Source: a virus
Length of the DNA stretch: 64,000 bases
Virus record (IMG/VR): IMGVR_UViG_3300014839_001411
Location: 5,713-69,712 of that record
Reading direction: 5' to 3' (one strand)
Shown here one piece after another: positions 27,033 to 37,453 of the stretch (positions within the stretch are counted from its first letter, which is position 1; each line of letters starts with the position of its first letter). The notes below the pieces were generated by a model. The model was not told the DNA's origin, ran no database searches, and saw only the letters and a program-made list of their open reading frames with translations. The position numbers and the translations under genes were made by a program.

Positions 27033-28018
27033 ATGAAGACGGAATTGTCGACCTGCAAGAGCTTGACGAGAAGGAAATGCAGGCCATTCAGAGATTTGAA
27101 AGGCGGTATAAGTTCACCAATCCCGAGCCTATTGCTCCAAACGCCTTTTCCATCAAGAACCTGGGATTTGAATTCCCCTTGACGATTATTACTGGCCTTG
27201 CAGCCATCGTCCAGGCTGCAATGAGAACCGGGTTCAAGTTCTTTGAATTGGCAAGTAGGAATGGGATGGGAATTGGAAGCTGGGTGGACGGTGCGTCGGC
27301 CATGATCGGCGTTGAGGGATTTATTGCCGTGATCGGATTTACCCGGGCGCGCGCTAGCGGACAAGAATTGATCGATAACGGCACCTTGAAGATCAATGCC
27401 ACAAAAGAGTGGATCGGACTAGGGATCGCCCTTGCTATTTCCGTAACGACAGGTTTGGCTCAGAGCATTACCGGGAGCGCCACCATTCCAATTGAGTTCC
27501 AGGGATTTGTGGACTGGTTGGTAGTGGTGTTCCTGGGTGTGGGCGCGTCCATCCTGGCTTATTTTGCCGGCGAGATCGCTGGCGTGATGGCCGTGCGCGC
27601 TGAAATGATCTACCTTTCCGGCGTCAGAAAGTTTGACAAAGCCATGAAGGAATGGAAGACTAATCTCAAGGAAGCCTGGGAAGCATCGGATGAGAAGAAA
27701 TTCCTGCATGTGGACATCAAAGGGATAACTGCCATCGCTCAAGGGAAGTACCGTGTGCAGAAGGGAAGTGTTCGTTCGTTCGTTCGCTCTGACAACGAAC
27801 GAACGAACGGCCCTAGTGAGGTAGAAGCCAGGATCATCGCCTACCTAGACAAGAATTCTACGTCTGAGTTTATCCCCGGTCCTTCGCAGGTCTCGCGCGA
27901 GGAACACGTTTCCAAGGGGTACGCGTCCAAGGTAATCGGCGAATATCGCACAGCTCATCCTCTCCAGGCAATTGCGCAGGAGATCGAGGAAACACCTGAT
28001 GTCGTTGCTGTCAACTAA
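27029..28018 (+). CDS. multi-pass membrane protein with C-terminal HTH
   Basis: About four hydrophobic segments; GPSQVSREEHVSKGYASKVI HTH. Confidence 0.65.
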   Translation: MNEDGIVDLQELDEKEMQAIQRFERRYKFTNPEPIAPNAFSIKNLGFEFPLTIITGLAAIVQAAMRTGFKFFELASRNGMGIGSWVDGASAMIGVEGFIAVIGFTRARASGQELIDNGTLKINATKEWIGLGIALAISVTTGLAQSITGSATIPIEFQGFVDWLVVVFLGVGASILAYFAGEIAGVMAVRAEMIYLSGVRKFDKAMKEWKTNLKEAWEASDEKKFLHVDIKGITAIAQGKYRVQKGSVRSFVRSDNERTNGPSEVEARIIAYLDKNSTSEFIPGPSQVSREEHVSKGYASKVIGEYRTAHPLQAIAQEIEETPDVVAVN

Positions 28019-29495
28019 CGACCAGATCATACTGAAAGCCGCCCTTCGCGAGAAGGGCGGCTTTCACCTGGCTACCAAGTGGTTCATGGGTTGGGACCCG
28101 TTGTCATATCAATACGTTTGGCACCATGTTCCCATCCTGAATACGACCTGGTTGGCCGGAATTGGTTCAGGGAAAACCCAGGGGGTCTCGGCGTCAAATC
28201 TTATCGACTGTCTCTCCACTCCTTTCTTTCGTGCACTCAATGCGTCCGTAACCGCCAAGCAAGCCGAGCTGGCTTATGACATGGTGGATGCTTGGAGCGA
28301 GAACAATCCCCGCTTGAAGCGCCTTATTGTTGACCGTACCCTTCGTCCTTATCCCACCCTGCAATTCTTCAATGGTTCCTTTTATGAGTTCCGAACCGCA
28401 GGATTGGGCGCGAAGTTTATCCGCGGGCATGAATACGACCGGATTGACTACGATGAAGGCGAGTTGGATGAGGATGGTGAGGCTATTCGGGTGCTGCGTG
28501 GCCGTTTGCGTGGAACCCGTCCCGATGGTACCACCCGCATGGCGCGTCTGGACGTGACTGGTACGCCAGCCCAGGTGGAATGGTTCCGAACGCGTTTCGA
28601 GATCGGTCTTCCTGGACACGAACGAGCCACTGCGGAAACACTGAAGCATTATTTCTCCATGCGTGTGCGCACACGCGACAATACCCGCTTGACAGAAGAA
28701 CAGATTGAGCTCATGGAAGCGGAGTTCCCGGCTGAGTACGCCAAGATTGAGTTGGATGCCGAATTCCCTGACTATGGGATGAGCACGTTCCCGCACAACC
28801 ACATCCGTGCATGTATGGATCCGAGCATGAATGACGAGATGACGGAAGCTTTGTTCGAGGGAACCCGCCCAAGGGCTGGATACAATCTGGAGGAATGGCC
28901 GCGTGTCGGGGCGATCCTGATGGAGTATCCCGTCAAACCCGGTCATGTTTATATTCAGGCAGGAGACCCGGGGACGGACAGTCCCCCCAAGCGTAATGCC
29001 GGCTGCGTCATGGTGTACGATGTGACGGAGGTTCCTTCCAGGCTGGCTTATTTCCACTGGGTTCCCGGAAAAGGTTCGTACAACCCGTTTTTGAACTCCT
29101 TCAAGTACGCCATGGAAAAGTATGTCCCTGAAGCAAAGGGTATGGACGTCACCGGCACACAAAAGGCTCTGGATGAGTTGGGGTTTGAAGCCTTCGGTTT
29201 GACGATTGACCCTCTTCACTTCGGCGGATTGAAGGATACCCTGATCAATTCCCTGGCGTTGGCGCTGGCCGGCCACACACTTCGTCATCCCCGTATCGAA
29301 GGATTGAATAAACAGCTCGACGGTTATCACCGTGAGGATGACAAGAACGAAGAACAAGACCTGGTAATGACCCTGGCGATGATTGCCTACCTGAAGCGTT
29401 TCGTCAATGCAGAGGTCGACGGTAAACCCCGAGGAACTGTCCCGCCTCCTCGAAATCGCCGGGCAAGAACCATACGAAGTGGAGTGCGTCGATAA
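27999..29495 (+). CDS. terL: terminase large subunit
   Basis: AGIGSGKT, IDYDEG, VTGTP, nuclease QAGDP and DLVMTLA. Confidence 0.88.
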   Translation: MSLLSTNDQIILKAALREKGGFHLATKWFMGWDPLSYQYVWHHVPILNTTWLAGIGSGKTQGVSASNLIDCLSTPFFRALNASVTAKQAELAYDMVDAWSENNPRLKRLIVDRTLRPYPTLQFFNGSFYEFRTAGLGAKFIRGHEYDRIDYDEGELDEDGEAIRVLRGRLRGTRPDGTTRMARLDVTGTPAQVEWFRTRFEIGLPGHERATAETLKHYFSMRVRTRDNTRLTEEQIELMEAEFPAEYAKIELDAEFPDYGMSTFPHNHIRACMDPSMNDEMTEALFEGTRPRAGYNLEEWPRVGAILMEYPVKPGHVYIQAGDPGTDSPPKRNAGCVMVYDVTEVPSRLAYFHWVPGKGSYNPFLNSFKYAMEKYVPEAKGMDVTGTQKALDELGFEAFGLTIDPLHFGGLKDTLINSLALALAGHTLRHPRIEGLNKQLDGYHREDDKNEEQDLVMTLAMIAYLKRFVNAEVDGKPRGTVPPPRNRRARTIRSGVRR

Positions 29496-30145
29496 TGCCT
29501 GACGGCAAAACGCATACAGCAGCCACGATCCGGGGCGCTCTGGTTGCCATTCCCATTCTCCTCTCTCTAGGCCAACCAGCCAATCTGGTTCTGTATGGCG
29601 TTCTTGGAGCCTTGTCGAATATCCTGCTCAGTCCAGATCTTGACCTGGATGAAGGATATATCGGGATCCACGTTATTCGGATGTACTGTGGGGGTTTCCT
29701 GGCTAATGTTTGGCAGACAATCTGGAAACCTTACGCCAAGATCATGCCCCACCGGTCCATTCAGTCGCACTTTCCGGTCATCAGCACGACTATTCGACTT
29801 GGGTATGTGTATTTTATTTATCAAGCCGTCTCCCTTCTGATCAATGTGGTTTTATTCTTTGTGCGGCACGGAGTTACGATCCCTGTTTACCAAATCCCGT
29901 TTTGGGATATTTGGTTTTCACTGAAACATCTCAGTGGAGTATGGAGTGTGCAGAGTGTAAATGTCTTTTCGTACTTTTGTGGATTGTGCCTGGCGGATAC
30001 CTTGCATGCGATTATGGACGCGGTGTCCACAAATCTAAAGCACGTTCGGAGGAACTTTGCGAACATACCGTTTCCGATGTCGGAAATGTGGGGTAGAGTT
30101 CGAGGTCGATCACGAAACGACCCAGCCGCACCCAAAGCGGCATAG
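29495..30145 (+). CDS. DUF2227-like metal-binding membrane protein
   Basis: MPDGKTH, LLSPDLD, HRSIQSH, LHAIMD. Confidence 0.75.
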   Translation: MPDGKTHTAATIRGALVAIPILLSLGQPANLVLYGVLGALSNILLSPDLDLDEGYIGIHVIRMYCGGFLANVWQTIWKPYAKIMPHRSIQSHFPVISTTIRLGYVYFIYQAVSLLINVVLFFVRHGVTIPVYQIPFWDIWFSLKHLSGVWSVQSVNVFSYFCGLCLADTLHAIMDAVSTNLKHVRRNFANIPFPMSEMWGRVRGRSRNDPAAPKAA

Positions 30146-30278
30146 TAAGGCGTATGGCGGTAAAAAATGCGGTGGTAAGTTGGTACAAGTTTACGTACCT
30201 CCTCAAGTCAGTTATAGAGGTGCCGGGTTTTATTCTACAGATAAGCGATTGACCGAGAGGACCGTTGACGATGAATAA
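30057..30278 (+). CDS. FmdB-like zinc-ribbon protein
   Basis: TYRFRCRKCG...CGGKLVQVY...GAGFYSTD. Confidence 0.75.
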   Translation: MRTYRFRCRKCGVEFEVDHETTQPHPKRHSKAYGGKKCGGKLVQVYVPPQVSYRGAGFYSTDKRLTERTVDDE

Positions 30279-30621
30279 CACCGTACTGAAACAATTGAAT
30301 TCCAATCGTAAAACACTTGACGCAAATGTACTATCTGTGCTACAATACCTACATCTGACACCTGCAGAGACTTGCATCCTAAATGTGGCACATGAAATCG
30401 GGTTTGGTGAGCTTCAAAACGTTGAAATCGCGGCTGATGGCGCCAGTATTCGCAAGGAAATTAGTCAAACGCAGCTCGGGTTCATTCATCTCATTCGGAA
30501 CGAAGGAATTGCGTTCATATCCAGGATCACAGTTCACAATGGTGAACCAACCGTAATTGAGATTGACGGGACCAGTCAGGGGATCAAATACACGAGAAAA
30601 TTGAAAATACAAGCAGTGTAG
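30265..30621 (+). CDS. small protein resembling YezD/DUF2292-type domains
   Basis: HEIGFGEL and ITVHNGEPTVIEI patterns. Confidence 0.45.
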   Translation: MTMNNTVLKQLNSNRKTLDANVLSVLQYLHLTPAETCILNVAHEIGFGELQNVEIAADGASIRKEISQTQLGFIHLIRNEGIAFISRITVHNGEPTVIEIDGTSQGIKYTRKLKIQAV

Positions 30622-30638
30622 TCTGACCAAACATTTGG

Positions 30639-30671
30639 AAGGCTCCGGAAATTCCGGAGCCTTTTTGTTTT
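30639..30671 (+). terminator. terminator-like hairpin just before portal
   Basis: AAGGCTCCGGA-AAT-TCCGGAGCCTT plus T-rich tail. Confidence 0.65.
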
Positions 30672-30682
30672 CCGGAGAAGTG

Positions 30683-32230
30683 ATGGATCCTTTTGCTTTA
30701 GTGCTTCGCCCCAATGAACTGGGTGACCTCGCGGATGTCAGTCCTTTTGTTCGCAACACCTGGGATAGTCTTCGCCTTCTGCGCTGGAAGGCTGTTCGCT
30801 ATTATAGTGGGCAGATTTTCATGGAACCGGTTCAACAGGAAGTCGGCGAAGCCGGCGGCCCGCTGCTTTATCCGGTGGGGATCAACTTGATCAAAACAAT
30901 CGTGCAGACCATGACAGACGCTACATTCGGGGAATGGGACGACGCTCGGTCTGTTTTGCTGTGGAAATCCCAGACCTCCAAAGAAATGACGGACATCGAG
31001 AAGGCGGCGATTGAATACGTTACCCGTCTGATGGAAGACAGTAATGCAGCTTCCATGTTCTGGGAACTGGAATTTGACCGAAACCTTTTAGGTGCAGGTG
31101 TCCTTCGTATTATTCCCGATTTACACCGACGTTCTCATGTACGTTGGGTCAAGATCCCGTTGGATGGTTTCTACCCCATCTTCAACCCCAGTGACCCCGA
31201 TGAAATCATCGAGTGCTGGCAGGTAACCAATATCCTTCCCGAGCAGGCACGTGCGCTGTACGGGATCGAAGTGGAAGACAACACCACCGTACTGATCAAG
31301 TGCGAGCACTGGACGGCCAAGGAATACACCACGACCGTTGATGGCAAGCGGATCGACCTCTATAGCGGCATCAATCCATGGGGAGTGATCCCTTACATTT
31401 ACGTTCCCCGTATTCGTACCATTGACTGGTGGGGCGAGGCGCTGGTTGATGACTTGTATGCTGTTCAAGACGAACTCAACATGCGTATCGCCGATACCGG
31501 CGAGGCATTGAATTATCACTCGCATCCCGTTTACTGGGGCAGAAACCTGCCCTCCACATTCGACACCAAGAACTTCCCCCTGGACCCTTCTGCTCTGTGG
31601 GACCTGGGGCGAACCCGCGGCGCCAATGGCGACAAACCTGAAGTGGGTATGTTGAAAAACGACACTCCGGTTCCTCAAGAGATGTTCAAGTACATCGACT
31701 GGCTCTTTGACTGGGGACGAACTTCATCCTCCGCCCCTCCGATTGCATTCGGTGAAGATGATGGCGGCGGTCAGCGTTCCGGTGTCACTCTGGAAATCCG
31801 CATGTGGCCTCTTCTCAAGGCCGTCCGTCGTTCACGTAGTTATCTGAACACCGGCCTAATGCAGGCACTCACGATTACAGGTCGCATTCTGGCTCAAAAG
31901 AAGTTCAGTGATGTTCCTGCCGGCGTGGCCGACCAGTTGATCAACCGGGCCGTACTGCCCATCTTCAACCAGGTCATGCCTCGAGACGAAGTGGCTTTGG
32001 TTGATGAGGTCGTGAAACTACTCTCCACCAATCCCCCGGCAATCAGTCTCGATACCGCCGAAGCCAAACTTGGGCATGGGATGGCGGAAGTCGAAAAGAT
32101 CGTGAAGATGATGGACATGATCAAAGACTGGGCTCCGATTGAAAAGGCCATGAAGGCCATTCGGACGGCGTCCGTTCCTCAACCTGCGGCTGAAAAACCT
32201 GTTTCGCCTTCGGAGGCCAATGGATCTTAG
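30683..32230 (+). CDS. portal protein (SPP1 gp6-like)
   Basis: YYSG, INLIKTIV, NPWGVIPYIYVP, SGVTLEIR; position after TerL. Confidence 0.85.
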   Translation: MDPFALVLRPNELGDLADVSPFVRNTWDSLRLLRWKAVRYYSGQIFMEPVQQEVGEAGGPLLYPVGINLIKTIVQTMTDATFGEWDDARSVLLWKSQTSKEMTDIEKAAIEYVTRLMEDSNAASMFWELEFDRNLLGAGVLRIIPDLHRRSHVRWVKIPLDGFYPIFNPSDPDEIIECWQVTNILPEQARALYGIEVEDNTTVLIKCEHWTAKEYTTTVDGKRIDLYSGINPWGVIPYIYVPRIRTIDWWGEALVDDLYAVQDELNMRIADTGEALNYHSHPVYWGRNLPSTFDTKNFPLDPSALWDLGRTRGANGDKPEVGMLKNDTPVPQEMFKYIDWLFDWGRTSSSAPPIAFGEDDGGGQRSGVTLEIRMWPLLKAVRRSRSYLNTGLMQALTITGRILAQKKFSDVPAGVADQLINRAVLPIFNQVMPRDEVALVDEVVKLLSTNPPAISLDTAEAKLGHGMAEVEKIVKMMDMIKDWAPIEKAMKAIRTASVPQPAAEKPVSPSEANGS

Positions 32231-32975
32231 GGTCGCATTTCCAACAGACGAGCACTTTCCGTTTCAGGACGAGAATGCCCGTTCGGTCGCTCTACAGATT
32301 ACCCGTGATTTCGATCCCGATGTTCGAGTGACTTTATCGGATGGATTGGATTTTTACTCGGTGTCTCATTTCGACAAGGACCCGATTGTTCTGAAGGCCG
32401 GTGGTTTGCAGCGAGAGATTGATAGTTGGATCGCCGGGCAGCGTGAGTGGAAAGACGCCATGCCGCGTGCACGCACCTACGCCATTCTCGGTAATCACGA
32501 AGATCGTTTGCGCAAGTACCTTTGGAAACATCCCGAACTCCATGATTTAGAGGTACTGAAGCTTGAAAATCTTTTGAAGTTTAGTGAACTTGGCATCGAG
32601 CCTGGAGTTCGGGATGAAGTGGAGTTTGGCGAGGCACACAAGTTGATCGTCAAACATGGATCGAGGATACGTCAGCACTCTGCCTACTCCGCGGCTGCGG
32701 AACTGCAAAAGGAATTTTATGCTGCCAACATTGTTACAGGACATACACATCGCGGCGGGACGCATTATGCAGCCACTCGCCATGGCGTGGTGGCGGCTCT
32801 TGAGGGTTTCTGTCTTTGCCGCCTGGATCCTGCCTACGATCCGTCTCCAAATTGGCAGCAAGGCATTGTTTTATCCACTGTCACAGACCATGGCGTTTTC
32901 TTTGAGCCGGTCTTATTCACCCGTTATCTGGGAAAAGTTGTAGCCCAGTGGCGCGGAAAAGAATACAGCCAGTAA
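32220..32975 (+). CDS. calcineurin-like metallophosphoesterase
   Basis: DEH, DGLD, GNHE, KHG, GHTH. Confidence 0.88.
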   Translation: MDLRVAFPTDEHFPFQDENARSVALQITRDFDPDVRVTLSDGLDFYSVSHFDKDPIVLKAGGLQREIDSWIAGQREWKDAMPRARTYAILGNHEDRLRKYLWKHPELHDLEVLKLENLLKFSELGIEPGVRDEVEFGEAHKLIVKHGSRIRQHSAYSAAAELQKEFYAANIVTGHTHRGGTHYAATRHGVVAALEGFCLCRLDPAYDPSPNWQQGIVLSTVTDHGVFFEPVLFTRYLGKVVAQWRGKEYSQ

Positions 32976-33014
32976 AGTTTCTGGCATCGGAAACATTTTG
33001 AGGAGACAAATATC

Positions 33015-33694
33015 ATGACTGAAGATTTGACACCCAAGCCCTTGATGGTTCTGCGCAAGCAAACCAGCAACAGACCATCGGTGGATCCCAGGTTGCGACA
33101 CCTGCTGGGATACCCGGAGGATATGTACCGGAAGCACGTTTGACCGGCGCCCTTCAAAAGATCGAACAACTCACGCTATCCAAGAAAGCCATCGAAGAGC
33201 TACTTGCAGCCGCGAACACTCGCATTGGCGAGCTTCAGGCTACCACCAGATCTTCCGAAACCGAATGGACAGCCAAGGTCGGTGAGACAGCCAGCGCATT
33301 GACGGGCGTAACCACTGAACGCGACGCCCTGAAGACCGAGATCACCACTCTCAAGGCCGAACAAGCAAAGATCAGAATGATCGGCGACTTGAAGCACTAC
33401 AACCTCCTCGGTATCGCAGATCAAATCCCTGTTCTCGCGGACCCCGTGAAACAGAGGGAAGCGATTGAGCGCATGGCAGCTTTTGCGAACTCCATTGCAC
33501 AAAACCGCGAGCAGGAATTGACAGCAGGCACAACGACGGTGACTACCGAAACTGTGTCGCCGGCTGGAAATCTCCCGACGACAGATGCGGGTTGGTCCAA
33601 ACTCATCGAAAGTCTTCCGTTCGCTACGCCGGAACGTGAAGCTGCCTTTGAAGCTTGGGGCAACTGGAGTATGAAAAAGCCAATCAAGGAATAG
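33015..33694 (+). CDS. capsid scaffold protein, apparently frameshifted near its 5' end
   Basis: Coiled-coil ORF 33140-33694 whose frame is open upstream (YVPEARL); the RBS-ATG at 33015 is in a different frame. Confidence 0.65.
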
Positions 33695-33729
33695 CGTTCT
33701 CCATCTTATTTATTTTATTGGAGTAGAAA

Positions 33730-35001
33730 ATGGCTAACGATATCGATACTGGTTTATTGACCGCGAGTTCGCTTCCTGCTGGGCAGCGTGCCTATTATGA
33801 AGCGCGGTTGCTGGAAAACTTGCGCACGAAGTCCATCCTGGTTCCTTTTACCGTTATGAAGGAAGACTTCAAGGCGCGCGATACGGGTCAGGTGGTCTAC
33901 ACGGAAGTGTTGGATCCCGCCTCAAACTGGAACCCGTTCACTGAGGACGTGATTTGGCTGGGCGGCGCCCATCTGGACAGCCGGTCGGTCACGATCAACC
34001 TCGAAATCCATGGCAACGTAATCAAGTTGTCGGATTACAACGAACTGGTCAACTACTGGAATAACGGCGATCTGCGCGGTCTGGTGGATGGCAAGCTCGG
34101 CTTCAACATGGTTGAACACATCGACATCCTGGCCCGCAATGCCTTCATGTCGCACCCGCACAAGCTCTACGCGGGTACCGCAACCAGTCGCGGCGCTCTC
34201 GCAAAGACTGACATCTTCAACCCCGACATGGCAGAACTTGCCCGTGTCCACCTGGAAGAGAACGAGGTTCCCGGCGTGAATGCTCCTGGCGATGGCGACG
34301 GCAAATGGATTGTGTGCGTGACAACTCCGCGCGTGGTTCATGATATTCGTACCGCTGCCGGTTCCGAATGGCTCGACACCACGAAATACACGACCCAGCG
34401 CAAGTTCAATTCGGAAGCTGGTTCCTGGGGTGGCGTTCGTTTCGTCAAGACCAACCGCTGCCGTATGTTGAACTACGGTGCAGTGACCGCCCAGAACACC
34501 CTCGCATCCGCGACGGTTCCTGGTCAGGGTGCAGCTCAGACCGTTGATGGTGCTTACACCGTCGGTCAGGCCACTTCAGTCCGCACGATCCCGCTGGTTT
34601 CCGCAATCGATGTCTCTTTTGCGGTGGGCGCGTACGTGACCTTCCACAGCCAGCTCTTGGGAGCCGGTGGAACGCCTCCGATTGAGAGCGATGGCACGCA
34701 GGAAACTTATCGCATTGTCGCAGTTGACAGTGTCGGCAAGACCATTTCCCTGAACAAGCCTTTGATGAAGGCCCACGCCATCGGTGATTATGTCACCACC
34801 GGCGTTCCGATCCACGTGAGTATCTTCATGGGTGGCCCCGGCGTCGTTTACGGCGTTGGTGAACGTCCCCATCCCGTGATCCTGCCCGTGATCGACGACT
34901 TGGGCATGATCCGCCGGATTGCCTGGCGTGGTTTCGTCAAAATGCAGCTCTTCCGCCCCGAGATGTACGAAGTGGTGGAGAGTTCCGGCACTTCCAACTA
35001 G
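33730..35001 (+). CDS. major capsid protein (N4-gp56-like)
   Basis: Position after scaffold; HGNVIKLSD, EAGSWGGVRFV, DDLGMIRRIAW. Confidence 0.82.
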   Translation: MANDIDTGLLTASSLPAGQRAYYEARLLENLRTKSILVPFTVMKEDFKARDTGQVVYTEVLDPASNWNPFTEDVIWLGGAHLDSRSVTINLEIHGNVIKLSDYNELVNYWNNGDLRGLVDGKLGFNMVEHIDILARNAFMSHPHKLYAGTATSRGALAKTDIFNPDMAELARVHLEENEVPGVNAPGDGDGKWIVCVTTPRVVHDIRTAAGSEWLDTTKYTTQRKFNSEAGSWGGVRFVKTNRCRMLNYGAVTAQNTLASATVPGQGAAQTVDGAYTVGQATSVRTIPLVSAIDVSFAVGAYVTFHSQLLGAGGTPPIESDGTQETYRIVAVDSVGKTISLNKPLMKAHAIGDYVTTGVPIHVSIFMGGPGVVYGVGERPHPVILPVIDDLGMIRRIAWRGFVKMQLFRPEMYEVVESSGTSN

Positions 35002-35021
35002 CCGATTGAGGATGTGATGAT

Positions 35022-35747
35022 ATGAACTGGGGCGATCTTGTCTCAGCAGTACAGACGGACTTGGGCGACACCACAGGCGCGAAGTACACCGCTTCGCGTC
35101 TGTATGGTGCCATGCGTTCGGCTGTCAATGATGTGTCCATGTACTATCCCTTGCGTTACGACCATATGACTTTAGAGGTATTCAAGGATCCAGTGACGAA
35201 ACTGGTCAGCGATCCGAAGAAGTTCGTTCTTCCTGATGACTTTATTCAAGAGATTACGGTCGAGTGCCCCGTGAACACATTTCTTTCCCTGAGACGGGAT
35301 CGCCCTGGTTTCCGCCGTACCCCTCCGCAGCGTCCAATGCAGTATTACGTGGATGGTGTCTGTCTTTATCTGGATGCCGATCCCAACGGCGCTGTTGCCC
35401 TGGATGGAACCTCGAATATCCAGGTGCTTCTTACGTATTACGGCATTCATGGAATGCCGGACGATGCCGATGACACGGACTTCGACCTTACGGTCTCCGC
35501 ACGTGACCTGGAACTGGTTGTTATTTACATAAAGGCAGAGATGCTGGAGAGCGACCGTTCCAAGCAATCCTCTCTGGATCGTTTCAAACTCGGAACCGGT
35601 GAACGCACCGACAATCCCATTCGTCCGGAAGTTACTGACTACTGGGCTGAATATCATTTGAAGATCGCGGAACGTTCTGGAAAGACCGTTTTCCTGGAGA
35701 GACCCCGCAGGTATCGCGGTTCCAGAGACTTTGAAGGACTGCGATGA
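35022..35747 (+). CDS. head-tail adaptor
   Basis: MNWGDLVSAVQTDLGD N-terminus, position. Confidence 0.6.
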   Translation: MNWGDLVSAVQTDLGDTTGAKYTASRLYGAMRSAVNDVSMYYPLRYDHMTLEVFKDPVTKLVSDPKKFVLPDDFIQEITVECPVNTFLSLRRDRPGFRRTPPQRPMQYYVDGVCLYLDADPNGAVALDGTSNIQVLLTYYGIHGMPDDADDTDFDLTVSARDLELVVIYIKAEMLESDRSKQSSLDRFKLGTGERTDNPIRPEVTDYWAEYHLKIAERSGKTVFLERPRRYRGSRDFEGLR

Positions 35748-36337
35748 GTGGTATCCACGATCTAATCCTGTTGCAGGTGCAGTCCACTCTCCAGGCAGCC
35801 TTGATCGACAATCCGAAAGCGGTATTGGCCGCAGCAATAGCGTTGTTGCATCATGGTGATCCAGTTCCGGTTGATCCGGCAATTGCCGGCATCGTTCAGA
35901 TTGGACCTCTGCAAGGCGATCCTACTCCGGATATTGCGCGCATCTCGGCGACGATCCACGAGAACGATCCTGACACCATCATCGGTGGAGCAGTGACTGG
36001 CCTAAAAAGCGATTGGGCGGACGAGATATATGAGGTGGAAATCGGTAACAGCATTACGCATTACCGACGCTTCTCGGTCAAGATCCGCTGCTTGTTGGTG
36101 AATGGTCAGGAACCTTTGGATCAAGCGCGTTCGATTGCCTCCACGGTACGCGAACGTGCCGAAAAGGCATTACTGAATATGTCTGTTTCCGGCATCGGAA
36201 ACAGTGATGAATACGCCTCACGCGGCATCCTGTCGGATGAGTTTGAAGGTGAAATGCTTCAAGCCGGTGGTCCGACAGCATACGACTATCACATCAAAAT
36301 CCGTTTCTCATTATTAACTACTCGGTTAGGAGCTTAG
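35744..36337 (+). CDS. tail completion/terminator protein
   Basis: Position before tail tube. Confidence 0.45.
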   Translation: MSGIHDLILLQVQSTLQAALIDNPKAVLAAAIALLHHGDPVPVDPAIAGIVQIGPLQGDPTPDIARISATIHENDPDTIIGGAVTGLKSDWADEIYEVEIGNSITHYRRFSVKIRCLLVNGQEPLDQARSIASTVRERAEKALLNMSVSGIGNSDEYASRGILSDEFEGEMLQAGGPTAYDYHIKIRFSLLTTRLGA

Positions 36338-36338
36338 T

Positions 36339-37406
36339 ATGGTTGCATCAGAAAAAACTTTTATTGGTATTGCACAGCAGGCCGCATTCGGTACTCCGAA
36401 CGTCACCGATGCGAACTTTCAATACCTGCTTTTTACTCAGGGTGGACTGGCGGTTGCGCCAGTCAATGTGCCTCTTGACATGGAAGTAGGAGGCGGCGCC
36501 ATCCTGCGCGACGTGATCAAAGGCGGTGTGGTCACCGGTGGGCAGTTGCAAGTTATCCCTCGTCCAGCGACATTGGGTTGGGTCATGAAAGCCATGACTG
36601 GCAATGTCTCGAGCGTTGCCGCGACCGGCGCTGATACCGGGGCGTTTACGCACACGTTTACCATCGGTACTGATCCTTTCCTGGCTCCGTACTTCACTGC
36701 CCGTGTTTCTCCGGGCGGAGTATGGGGAGAGACGTATCAAGATATGCGTTTCACCAGCCTTGCCCTTCAGTGGCGTGGCGGACGTTTTGTCACCGGTTCG
36801 TATGGATTGATCGGTGGATTGCCCACTCCCAGTGTAGCGATGACTACGTGGGCGGCTGCCACCAAAATCGACGGCGGTCCGCAGTTCCTGGCGCCCCTGG
36901 GAAGTATCGTCCTTCCTACCGGCACCAACCTGAACGTTCTGTCGGGTTCGTTCGTGGCTCAAGCCCAGATCCCGCTGGATGAACAGTGGATCGTTGGATC
37001 GTATGTACCGCAGAACCTCGATATTGTTCAGCGGGCGTACATGATCCAGATGGCCGTCAAGATCACTGACGCCACCTTGTACAACAAAATATCCTACGAT
37101 CCCGCCGCCGGTTCAGCTTGGCTGGCTGCCATGTTGAAAGACGGCACCATTGACCTGAAATTCAGTTCGGCCCCCAAGGTCATTTCCGGTGGAGCTCTTG
37201 CTAACTCATTTGAGATCCTTGCAAATGGTCAGGCTGCCACTGGCGCAGGCGTCACGCCGAACGTAGCATGGACTGCTTCCCCGATGAATTTCCAAACCGG
37301 CAAGCAGGTCATCATGAATGTGGTTGGTACGTTCCTGGCAGATCCCTCTGGCGCCAATTCCCCGATCACAATGAAATTAGTAAATTCGACGTCTACTTAC
37401 GCATAA
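36339..37406 (+). CDS. major tail tube protein
   Basis: FIGIAQQAAFGT, AFTHTFT, Gly/Thr-rich beta pattern. Confidence 0.75.
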   Translation: MVASEKTFIGIAQQAAFGTPNVTDANFQYLLFTQGGLAVAPVNVPLDMEVGGGAILRDVIKGGVVTGGQLQVIPRPATLGWVMKAMTGNVSSVAATGADTGAFTHTFTIGTDPFLAPYFTARVSPGGVWGETYQDMRFTSLALQWRGGRFVTGSYGLIGGLPTPSVAMTTWAAATKIDGGPQFLAPLGSIVLPTGTNLNVLSGSFVAQAQIPLDEQWIVGSYVPQNLDIVQRAYMIQMAVKITDATLYNKISYDPAAGSAWLAAMLKDGTIDLKFSSAPKVISGGALANSFEILANGQAATGAGVTPNVAWTASPMNFQTGKQVIMNVVGTFLADPSGANSPITMKLVNSTSTYA

Positions 37407-37453
37407 TAGTTTCCGGCCTCGGAAACGAGACCGGAAGATTTTTGGAGGTTACT

